DNA from: Candidatus Poseidoniaceae archaeon
Lineage (GTDB): Archaea > Thermoplasmatota > Poseidoniia > Poseidoniales > Poseidoniaceae
Assembly (NCBI GenBank): GCA_964218365.1
Contig: CAXPMI010000031.1
Coordinates: forward strand, 9,940-73,939
Direction: 5' to 3'
DNA length: 64,000 bases
Shown here: piece by piece, positions 42,542 to 50,920 of the stretch
Position numbering within the stretch: position 1 is the stretch's first letter
Layout of the letters: each line of letters starts with the position of its first letter
The notes under the pieces: model-generated
The model's database searches: none
What the model was told of the DNA's origin: nothing
What the model saw: the letters and a program-made list of their open reading frames with translations, nothing else
Position numbers and translations under genes: made by a program

Positions 42542-45073
42542 TTATCTGCCCATTACAGCGGTGTGTACCATCATCTGTACTTCCCGCATTCTTGTCTGAG
42601 CGCCTAATTCTCGGAAGACCGATAATGCCCTCTGAAGATATTCCATCCTCCGTTGTCTATCGGGGGCAACTCCGCCTAATCTTGCTAATAATTCGCCGAT
42701 TTGCATGCGCAAATCGTTTGCTTCAGAGATGACCAGTGCTTCTCGATATCTTTCCAAAGCTTCCTCGATTCTACCACTGTCCTGGAGAACCTCTCCTAAC
42801 AAAATCGAAACTTCCACCAATGCTAGCGGATCTCCTGCTTCTCCCATTGTGGATAGTGCATCTGTGTAATGATGTAAAGCCAGGTCTGAATCCCCAGTCT
42901 TTGCATAATATCTTCCAAGTACAGCTCTTGCTCTTGCGTGCAATATCGCATCATCACTCGATTCAGACCTCTCATAGGAAGACAATGCATGGTCTCTTGC
43001 TCTATCACTCTCACCTAAGTCGAGTAACGCTCTTGCTAAAACGATCTGGGCAGGAATTAGTTCTGTGGAATCATTCCCCGACAAAATACTCTCTACTTCA
43101 CCATAAGCCTCCAGTGCCTTAGCTTTGTCACCGTTTCTACGCAGGATATATCCCATGTTGTTATAGGAGCGAGCAGCACCTACTGCATCGCCCATAGAGA
43201 TGAATAATTCCAGAGCCTTTCTGTGCATTCCAAGGCTTCCATCTGAATCTCCTCGCTTCAAAGCAATGTCTGCTAAATTCGAAACAATGTCTGCAATAAC
43301 GTCGTCTAAACCGGCAGCTTCAGCTGGTGGTTTTGCTTGGTTGAATGCTTCTTCTGCCTCATCGAAACGACCGAGTAGAGCTAATACCTCTCCCCTGAGT
43401 CTATCTACCCTACATGCACTATCTGCACCTACTGATTTTGTATCGATAGACTCTAGTAAACCCAATAATTCAATGTGACCTTCCTTGATTAAGTCTCTAC
43501 CTTGTTCCACTACTAATTTTGTGGCATCTTCGTGCCTTGAAGAAGAAATTAGGTGGTATATTAACTCAAGAGCAATCTGACTTGATGTGGCTTGTTTAGT
43601 GTACCAGGCAACCGCTTTGTTGTGAAGATCTTCTTTGGATTGTTTGTCCAGACTTTGTAGAAGGAATTCCCGAATTAGGTCGTGAACATCATAAGTTCCA
43701 GAATCGGCATTGCGAGCCAGGCCAGATTCTACTAGGGAATCTAATTCATCAGTATGTAGACCTTGTTCCGTTAGAGCTTCTAACTCGATAGGTTCACGGA
43801 ATACAGATAGAGCACCAAGCAAGCGTTTTTGCTCTCCTGAGAGCTTAGAGAAAATCTCGATATTGACGTAATTCTCTAGAGATTCGTGGAATGCACCTGC
43901 TGATGCCCCGCGGTTAATCAACTCCAAGACTAGAGGGTGACCACGGCTCAAGGAGTGTATGTAGAGTAATTTTTCTTGGTCCAAGTCATCAAAGGCAGAG
44001 AGAAGAGACCTAGTTGATTCTTGGTCCAAGCCTTCTAATGGGAGAACCAGTGAAACTATCCTTCCATCAGCGTCTTTGAGGGGAACAACCTCTTTGAAAG
44101 AGCGAGAGAATATTACTAGTCCAACATCACCTTCACACTCGACAAGACCTCTAGATAATGCTTGAATTGTTTGATGTAGAGTCTTATCACTTACTTTGTG
44201 GTAATCATCAATCACGATTAGAGCAGGTGTGTTAGCAAGAGAATCAACAATAATTCTTGCTGCATCAGCAGACTTCGGAACTGGAGTAGCAGATATGTAA
44301 TCGGCCAACATTGAATCCCCGATATTTGATAGCCAGTCAGCGATGCCCTCCAAGAAAGCTCGACTTCCTTCCCAGTCTTGACATCGATGATACATCAAGT
44401 TCCTTCGATGCATGAATGATTCAATCACTTTTGCTGCCATGGAGGTTTTTCCGATACCTGCAATCCCTGGTACCATCAAAGTTGTAGACCTAGCCTCAAG
44501 AAGATTAACCATATTTTCTAATTCGGTAGACCGGCCATAAAAGTGCCTTAACCTCGGTAGGTCACCAAGGCTAGTAACAAGTTGTTTCTCAACATGCTTT
44601 GAGAGATCTCTTTCAACTAGGTCTGCAGACAGTGAGCGGACATCCAAGACTCCGTTGTCATCTAGGTATCGTATTACATCAACTGGCCTCATAGTAAATG
44701 GCAACTTATCTTGGATTTCTCCAAGCGTAGATGCGATGGTGTTTCCACCAGGTAGAATTGCTCTGAGTTGGAATTCCCTAAGGTTCTTCCATGTCTCATC
44801 AGCCAATTTCATTCCAGATTCTGTTAAGAAGTAGGCCTTCCTCTTTCTGCTAACCCCTTGAACGTGAGCTTGCCTCTCGATTAGAAGTCCTTGATCCTTC
44901 AAACCAGCAATTGCTCTAGGGACGTTGGAGCGAGCGATTGCAACTGCATTTGCGATACCCATTTGTGATAGAGCAAATGGTACCTCGACTGAACTCATGA
45001 AGTCCGAGAAGTCGGAAAGATGTAGAAGAATCCTCTCTTGAACACCCGGCTTTGGTCTAGTCGCCATACTCAA
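42542..45073 (-). CDS. STAND-class signal-transduction NTPase with an N-terminal winged-helix DNA-binding domain, an NB-ARC-type P-loop ATPase and C-terminal TPR repeats (AfsR/MalT-like architecture).
   Basis: The N-terminus has a wH-like segment (GIANAVAIARSNVPRAIAGLKDQGLL). FYGRSTELENMVNLL is the (F/V)GRExEL hallmark. Walker A is VPGIAGIGKTSMA and Walker B is ALIVIDDYH. There are several TPR-like repeats in the C-terminal 350 aa. Confidence 0.8.
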   Translation of the reverse strand: MSMATRPKPGVQERILLHLSDFSDFMSSVEVPFALSQMGIANAVAIARSNVPRAIAGLKDQGLLIERQAHVQGVSRKRKAYFLTESGMKLADETWKNLREFQLRAILPGGNTIASTLGEIQDKLPFTMRPVDVIRYLDDNGVLDVRSLSADLVERDLSKHVEKQLVTSLGDLPRLRHFYGRSTELENMVNLLEARSTTLMVPGIAGIGKTSMAAKVIESFMHRRNLMYHRCQDWEGSRAFLEGIADWLSNIGDSMLADYISATPVPKSADAARIIVDSLANTPALIVIDDYHKVSDKTLHQTIQALSRGLVECEGDVGLVIFSRSFKEVVPLKDADGRIVSLVLPLEGLDQESTRSLLSAFDDLDQEKLLYIHSLSRGHPLVLELINRGASAGAFHESLENYVNIEIFSKLSGEQKRLLGALSVFREPIELEALTEQGLHTDELDSLVESGLARNADSGTYDVHDLIREFLLQSLDKQSKEDLHNKAVAWYTKQATSSQIALELIYHLISSSRHEDATKLVVEQGRDLIKEGHIELLGLLESIDTKSVGADSACRVDRLRGEVLALLGRFDEAEEAFNQAKPPAEAAGLDDVIADIVSNLADIALKRGDSDGSLGMHRKALELFISMGDAVGAARSYNNMGYILRRNGDKAKALEAYGEVESILSGNDSTELIPAQIVLARALLDLGESDRARDHALSSYERSESSDDAILHARARAVLGRYYAKTGDSDLALHHYTDALSTMGEAGDPLALVEVSILLGEVLQDSGRIEEALERYREALVISEANDLRMQIGELLARLGGVAPDRQRRMEYLQRALSVFRELGAQTRMREVQMMVHTAVMGR

Positions 45074-45120
45074 TCATTCCCCTATTCCTCTTAGAGTGTT
45101 GTGTATTTCCGTGTTAGAAA

Positions 45121-48100
45121 TTACTGCTGAGGAGGCCTGTAGTTTGGATCTGCAACCCACTGGTTGGTTTGGGCATCCCAAATCCAACCTGGATGCTGAG
45201 GCTGAGCAGCAGGTACAGGAGCAGGAGCAGGTGTTAATTCACCTGCAGAAGCTGCTGCTTGTTCTGCGGCCCTTGCTTTTGCCCATGCATACGGGTCTTC
45301 CTCTTTTTGCATCTCAGCCAATGCGGCTTCATCATCTTCAAACTCTTCCTCAAACTCAAGGAAGAAGAAAGCGCCAACAGCAAGGAGAATCGCAATGACT
45401 ACCACCGCAATAACAATCCAAACCCAAGAGGAAACACCATCAGTTCCTGTTTCTCCTTTCTTTAGAGTGATAGAGTTACCGTCGTCTTTTCCAATGAATT
45501 GACCATCTTGTTCAAAGTATATCTCAAAACTACCATCTCTATCAAGAGCAGAGGAGCTAATATCCATATTCCAAAGGCCGTCTTCGCCAACAACGGTGTC
45601 ATTCAGTTTTATGTCACCCTTCACAAGTCTTGCTGTGACAACAGAATTTGGTAATCCTGTACCCTTGAACTCAGCTGAGTCCCCAAACTTAACTGCACCT
45701 TCATCCGTTCTCTCAGCCGTGAACTCGACACCGCGTACAACGAAGTTAACTTGGTAAGAATACGCTACAGAATCGAAGGCATCTCTTGCTTCGAACATTA
45801 CTCCTTGCATAGACCACTCAGAGATTTCGCTTGAGGTTTGATACATTGAATCCATTGGATTGTAAATCGCTTTACCATCAGGCGTGATTCTGATATGATA
45901 TGCATAATCATCATCGATTGCAGTTGAAGGGTCATCACGGACATCGAAAACCATGTGACTGGATTGTGGTCCTACTCCATCTGAATCATTGAAATAATCC
46001 AACAAATTGATTTCCACACCTTCGCCACACTTATCGAATGCACTGGACTTTTCATCACAGAAGATTGTGATAGTATCAACCCAGCCGGTTGGATTGAATG
46101 TAGGTGCCATGTTGTCTGCATCCGCAGGGTTATCAATTACGATACGTACTGTTTCCATCAATGAGTAGTCCACACCATCATAAGCCCTAACTTGAACTTC
46201 ATATTGCTGGTCGTGAATCAGATTGCTAGTATCCCAATATGTGAACCATGCACCATTAGGCTGGAACGAGGTAATTGGGTTTGGACCATTGTTTAACTCG
46301 ATTCCACTAGCAAGGTCAATAATTGTGATTTCAACACGTGTTACTTGACCATCGTTATCTCGTGCCACACCACTGATAATTGTCTCATCTGATGCTCTTA
46401 CACTCTCCATTGGAAGTGGTTCACTGACTTGGACAATTGGAATACGGTTATCATTATCGATTGTAATAGTGATTACTTCTGGATCACATACATCTACAAC
46501 TTCATGACAATAATTTGAGTCGCTTGCCCAAACTGTGAATGTGTAGTCACCACTTGGCAGTGACGAGAAGTTCCATGTATCGGCCCAAGCTGCTGCACCA
46601 CCTGCATTTGCAGGGTAGTTTGCAGAATAGTTGTTAGGTCCTTGAACACTAAACCAGATGTCTCTGATATCGCTACCCTGTACACCTTGGTAGTCATCAG
46701 AAGCTGTTCCTGTGAAGAGAACTTCCTGTCCGTCGTGAGTAGATCCATCCAATGGAGTATCAAGATTGATTGTTGGAGGATTGATATTAAGCTTGAATAC
46801 TCGAGTGCTTACAATTGATTCTTCCAGCCCATCGTAGGACCTGACTCTGAATGTAACATCCTCTTCGAAGTGGTTTGCCATATCCCAATTGAAACTCCAA
46901 GTTTTGAATGGCCAGTTTGCCATGGTAACTTCACCGTTAGCGCCTGATGTGTCTGTTGCTAGATACCAATCTTGGCTTCCATGAGGTTGGATCTCCACCC
47001 TCTTGATGTCACCAAATTGCTTCAGCCATGAATCATAGTCATTGAAGTACGGACCAGATTGTCCATCATGTGAAGATCCAGTTAGGGAAATAGTTCTTGC
47101 AAATGAGGTGCCGTCGTTTTGGTCTACACTCACAGATGGTGCAATGTTAACAAGATTGATGACTTCATCAACCATGCCGGTTAGAGTGAAATCATGTGTA
47201 GATGTTCCCTTGCTAAACTTCTTTGCTTCAACTGAATATGTTGGCAATTCACGGTTTCCGGATTGACAGTCTGGATCTTGGCCATCAGCTAGTGTGTCAC
47301 CGTCATTGTCGATACCGTCGCTACAGGAATCTTCACCTTGGTCTGTTGCTTGATGATTCCAGTTTCTATCGATGTGGAAGTTTGATGGAAGTGTAACCCA
47401 CGGCGTGTAACCGTAAGGGTCGGTAGTCATGTTGTACAACGGCTTTCCATTTGCATCTTTGATTGTTACAAGAGCGTCGGAAACTTGTGAGTTGTCTGCT
47501 TTGACTTGATACCTTACGAGTTCTCCTTGCTCAACTTGGACACCCCATGCAGTGTTTTGATTTTGGATGTGGATCTTCGACCTATCGAAGTTCTGAACAT
47601 CTGAGTAAGTGAATGTCGTAGCATTCTCATTTAGTTCCATAGCAAGAGGCATGAACTTTGGAGGCCATACACCAGTAAGCGGAACTTGTAGGCACACTGA
47701 AGAGTCCCAAGGACACTCTCTGTCATCCCAAGTTAGCATGACTGGATACATCTGATTGCCACCTGGGTCTGGCATGAACTCGCTCTGTACAGCAACACGT
47801 GATTCTGTAACGTTGTAAATCTGCGATGCATTGGAGTATGAGTTACCAGAGAAGTAAGCAATAGAACCGTATTTGTTTCCATAATTATCATCATACAGCG
47901 AAATATTTGCTGCGAAACCACCAACTTCTATGTTGTTATTTTGAGCGTTGACAATGCCGCCCTTTATCCTGAATCCATCCCCTACGTTATTTGATACCGT
48001 ATTGTCCATGAATGTAGCAGAGGCCATGTAGACGTGGAATGCGGGACAAGGGAAATCTCCTCCATACATTTCAACGGAGTTACATGTTCCTGTATTGTTA

Positions 48101-49416
48101 GAGATTATGTTATTTGCAAAATACAGGCGGGCTTTGCTTGGAGATGGGACGTTCCATCCCTGATCCTTGTGGTGGTATTCACCTATCAGTACTGGTTCTT
48201 TTGCTGTGTTGAGAATTGTATTGTTTTCTGCACTCACATCAGATTCACCATAAATCCACAGACCGTTCCATCCACCGATTGGGCCGATTGTGTTGCCATT
48301 GGCTGTTACGAAAGAAGAGCGGATACCAAATCCTGAACCTTCTGCAGAACCTGAAATAGTATTTCTTTCAGCAAGAACAATTGCACCATCGTACGCAGTA
48401 ATTCCTGCTCCGTCAGTAGGAGTGATTACGTTGTCTGAAATTACGAATGTGTAATTTTGGCCATTAGCAGACAAATGGGAGTTTGTATCGATAGCGTTAC
48501 ACTTTGTGGTAACTGTAGAGTTTGTTAGATAACCACTGCTCGAGCGCAAAAACGCTCCGTAAGAATTCTGTGTGACTGAAATAGTATCCATTCTAACGAA
48601 AGAGTTCTCAAGGTAAATTGCTGAACGACCTCCACCTTGGGCTCCACAATCAGTCTCTTCCCCTGTGAACGCAGAATTCAGTACTTGCATGACCACAAGA
48701 CCTGCACCTGCACCGTATGCCTGTATTGCAGCGCCGTGGTAACCTTCCTCATCAATTCCAACCTCGAAGGTTCCTCCATCTAAGGTAGGCGATGCACCGT
48801 TGATTGCCAACACGTTTGTTGTATTGATATTCCTGAAAGTTGGATTGTTTACACTCAAACTTGCACCGTCGAAGACCATTGCTCCGTACTTGATGGATCC
48901 TTGACCATCAATATCGATAGGGATACCGTATGCACCGTCTAGTGTTACGTGGTTCAGACGGGTCAGTGACTGGTCGATTGTAGAATCAAGGTATATTCCA
49001 GAACCACAAGCCATGTCTGGATTGAAAATACCTGTTACATAACATCTGCCTGTTTGGTTAGGAGCTGGTGCTGCCGGTGCGCCCCAAATGAAACGGATAG
49101 GAGAACCTGTACTTGCTTGTGATGCACCACAAGAACTGTCACCTGCACAAATCGAACCTTGGATGTTAATGTTCTTGTCTGCAGGTATGTTGATTGTAGT
49201 TCCAGCATTGATGATTAATTTCGCACCACCAGCGACCAATAGGTCACCGTCCATGTTCATGACTCCGGTCCAGGTTTCTGTACCGGTAATTGTTCCTGAT
49301 GATGTTTCATTCACCGCCATTGCTGACGGAGCGGTTGATACCATAGTTACAAACAGGGAAACTAGGAATAAACTCACTAAACCTACACTCTTACTTTTTT
49401 GGACGTTTACTGACAT
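45121..49416 (-). CDS. Giant secreted parallel beta-helix protein (about 1430 aa) with a Ca-binding-like DNDGD/DPDC motif, Ig-like domains, a C-proximal TM anchor and a Pro-rich cytoplasmic tail.
   Basis: Signal MSVNVQKSKSVGLVSLFLVSLFVTMVSTAPSAMA. PbH1-like repeats (NNIISNNTG..., DNTVSNNVGDGF..., NNNIEVGG). CSDGIDNDGDTLADGQDPDC. TM WVWIVIAVVVIAILLAVGAFFFL, then a tail ...PAPAPVPAAQPQHPGWIWDAQTNQWVADPNY. The track ORF starts at 49461; the signal-peptide Met maps to 49416. Confidence 0.85.
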   Translation of the reverse strand: MSVNVQKSKSVGLVSLFLVSLFVTMVSTAPSAMAVNETSSGTITGTETWTGVMNMDGDLLVAGGAKLIINAGTTINIPADKNINIQGSICAGDSSCGASQASTGSPIRFIWGAPAAPAPNQTGRCYVTGIFNPDMACGSGIYLDSTIDQSLTRLNHVTLDGAYGIPIDIDGQGSIKYGAMVFDGASLSVNNPTFRNINTTNVLAINGASPTLDGGTFEVGIDEEGYHGAAIQAYGAGAGLVVMQVLNSAFTGEETDCGAQGGGRSAIYLENSFVRMDTISVTQNSYGAFLRSSSGYLTNSTVTTKCNAIDTNSHLSANGQNYTFVISDNVITPTDGAGITAYDGAIVLAERNTISGSAEGSGFGIRSSFVTANGNTIGPIGGWNGLWIYGESDVSAENNTILNTAKEPVLIGEYHHKDQGWNVPSPSKARLYFANNIISNNTGTCNSVEMYGGDFPCPAFHVYMASATFMDNTVSNNVGDGFRIKGGIVNAQNNNIEVGGFAANISLYDDNYGNKYGSIAYFSGNSYSNASQIYNVTESRVAVQSEFMPDPGGNQMYPVMLTWDDRECPWDSSVCLQVPLTGVWPPKFMPLAMELNENATTFTYSDVQNFDRSKIHIQNQNTAWGVQVEQGELVRYQVKADNSQVSDALVTIKDANGKPLYNMTTDPYGYTPWVTLPSNFHIDRNWNHQATDQGEDSCSDGIDNDGDTLADGQDPDCQSGNRELPTYSVEAKKFSKGTSTHDFTLTGMVDEVINLVNIAPSVSVDQNDGTSFARTISLTGSSHDGQSGPYFNDYDSWLKQFGDIKRVEIQPHGSQDWYLATDTSGANGEVTMANWPFKTWSFNWDMANHFEEDVTFRVRSYDGLEESIVSTRVFKLNINPPTINLDTPLDGSTHDGQEVLFTGTASDDYQGVQGSDIRDIWFSVQGPNNYSANYPANAGGAAAWADTWNFSSLPSGDYTFTVWASDSNYCHEVVDVCDPEVITITIDNDNRIPIVQVSEPLPMESVRASDETIISGVARDNDGQVTRVEITIIDLASGIELNNGPNPITSFQPNGAWFTYWDTSNLIHDQQYEVQVRAYDGVDYSLMETVRIVIDNPADADNMAPTFNPTGWVDTITIFCDEKSSAFDKCGEGVEINLLDYFNDSDGVGPQSSHMVFDVRDDPSTAIDDDYAYHIRITPDGKAIYNPMDSMYQTSSEISEWSMQGVMFEARDAFDSVAYSYQVNFVVRGVEFTAERTDEGAVKFGDSAEFKGTGLPNSVVTARLVKGDIKLNDTVVGEDGLWNMDISSSALDRDGSFEIYFEQDGQFIGKDDGNSITLKKGETGTDGVSSWVWIVIAVVVIAILLAVGAFFFLEFEEEFEDDEAALAEMQKEEDPYAWAKARAAEQAAASAGELTPAPAPVPAAQPQHPGWIWDAQTNQWVADPNYRPPQQ

Positions 49417-49523
49417 AATACACCCTCGGCATGTTGTCCAAATACTGGACCGCCTTAACACATTGGGATAGATTTCAATTGAAAAGTATCAATTATCAAG
49501 GAAAATATCATCTTTTTTGCCCC

Positions 49524-49532
49524 TATAAATTA
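49524..49532 (-). promoter_or_regulatory. Candidate TATA box (minus-strand TTTATAGGG) in a 195-bp AT-rich region upstream of the beta-helix giant gene.
   Basis: Seen by eye. About 106 nt upstream of the proposed ATG. Confidence 0.25.
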
Positions 49533-49611
49533 ACAAAATATCAATTACTGGAAAGAATATCATATGTTTATAGATGACTCATTACCGTCTCTGTGCACCG
49601 TTTAGAAGATA

Positions 49612-50829
49612 TTAGCAGGCAACTGAGGATTGTATTTGATTCAACCATGCTTTACCATCAATAGCTCCATAGCCCCACCGTGAATCATGTTCTATTCCTT
49701 CCTCAAGTGGAATCGCCGAGTTCATCAACGCTGTTTTTACCTGAGCAAGACATTCTTCATTTGAATTCATTAAGTCCGGTTCTGCTTCCAAAATCAGGGC
49801 TAAAATTCCTGAAACGAAAACCGTTGCGTCGCTAGTACCTGTGGAGGAATAGTATTCATCATCGAAAGCAGTGGATATGATCGATACTCCGGGTGCGGAT
49901 ATCTCTGGTTTCTTGTTTGGATTTTGGTAAACTTCTGCACTCTCATCGCTAGTGTAGCCAAGGGAAGACCCCTCCCAAATATCTCCATTAACATCCAAAG
50001 CACCAACTGAAATTACTCCAGGCACATCTGATGGAGTAGCAACTCTACCATCGTCATCTGGCCCACCGTCATTTCCGGCTGCTGCAACAACATAAACGCC
50101 ATTTGCAATCGCTTGTTTGACTGCATTTGAGGTTGGGCCATCGGTGGTTGCATTAGGATCACTCTCTCCACCTAAAGATAGAGAAATAATGTGGGCTTGG
50201 AATGTTTTCCAACACCATTCAATGGCACTAGCAACAACATTCTGGTCACCGCTATTTCCACCCTCCCCATCATCTCCAAGGGCTGCCGCCATTCCAAGAG
50301 TAACTCCTGGAGCTACCCCCTTGAGGTATCCATCAGAAACCAAAATACCTGCCATCATGGTTCCGTGAGCAAGAGAACCTTGGTCTGCAATTTGATTAGA
50401 ACCCGTGATGAAATCCTTGAATATCAAATCAATCGATTTCAAATCTGAATGGCTAGGATCAATACCTGTGTCAACCATACAGACTCGTATTCCATCCCCG
50501 GTATAGCCTAGTGACTGTAATTCTCTTGCACCAGAGTCCTCAAAGGCCCACTCTGATTTTGAAGGTGGTATTTCTATGAAAAGAAGTTGACTTCTCCAAA
50601 CAGCCCACATAATCAAAATCAAAACTAAGAAAAATCCAGTGCTAATAAGTCGCTGTCGTAGTCGCTTTGGTCTAGAGACAACAGGAACAGGAGTTGGTGC
50701 CCAACCCAAAACCTCACTTCGCCAACCTTCTTGGTGTCCAATAGTTGCTGAGTCAGCTGCAGATAATATCCGATAGTCAGACGGTTCGGGAATGAACTCA
50801 ACATTTCCGAGTTCTTTCTCTTCCCACAT
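49612..50829 (-). CDS. Membrane-anchored subtilisin-like serine protease (peptidase S8).
   Basis: Catalytic triad contexts VCMVDTGID (Asp), HGTMMAGIL (His) and GTSDATVFVSG (Ser). An N-terminal cytoplasmic segment is followed by the TM LISTGFFLVLILIMWAVW (type II anchor). Confidence 0.85.
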   Translation of the reverse strand: MWEEKELGNVEFIPEPSDYRILSAADSATIGHQEGWRSEVLGWAPTPVPVVSRPKRLRQRLISTGFFLVLILIMWAVWRSQLLFIEIPPSKSEWAFEDSGARELQSLGYTGDGIRVCMVDTGIDPSHSDLKSIDLIFKDFITGSNQIADQGSLAHGTMMAGILVSDGYLKGVAPGVTLGMAAALGDDGEGGNSGDQNVVASAIEWCWKTFQAHIISLSLGGESDPNATTDGPTSNAVKQAIANGVYVVAAAGNDGGPDDDGRVATPSDVPGVISVGALDVNGDIWEGSSLGYTSDESAEVYQNPNKKPEISAPGVSIISTAFDDEYYSSTGTSDATVFVSGILALILEAEPDLMNSNEECLAQVKTALMNSAIPLEEGIEHDSRWGYGAIDGKAWLNQIQSSVAC

Positions 50830-50869
50830 AGTTCAACACTACCACGTCAATGGCTTCAATATATGTCTG

Positions 50870-50902
50870 AAACCAACAGGATTCTGCCTCTATAATGGAG
50901 GC
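50870..50902 (-). terminator. 12-bp perfect-stem hairpin AGGATTCTGCCT-ctataatgg-AGGCAGAATCCT just downstream of the 3179-aa gene stop.
   Basis: Inverted repeat seen directly. It lies between the giant gene and the subtilase start. Confidence 0.5.
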
Positions 50903-50920
50903 AGAATCCTTGTTGGAATA

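Noticed and set aside
50883-50890. TATAAT in the loop of the 12-bp-stem hairpin, considered as a promoter element for the subtilase.
   Set aside because: On the subtilase (minus) strand it reads ATTATA and sits about 55 nt from the ATG inside a stable stem. It is more parsimoniously just the hairpin loop.
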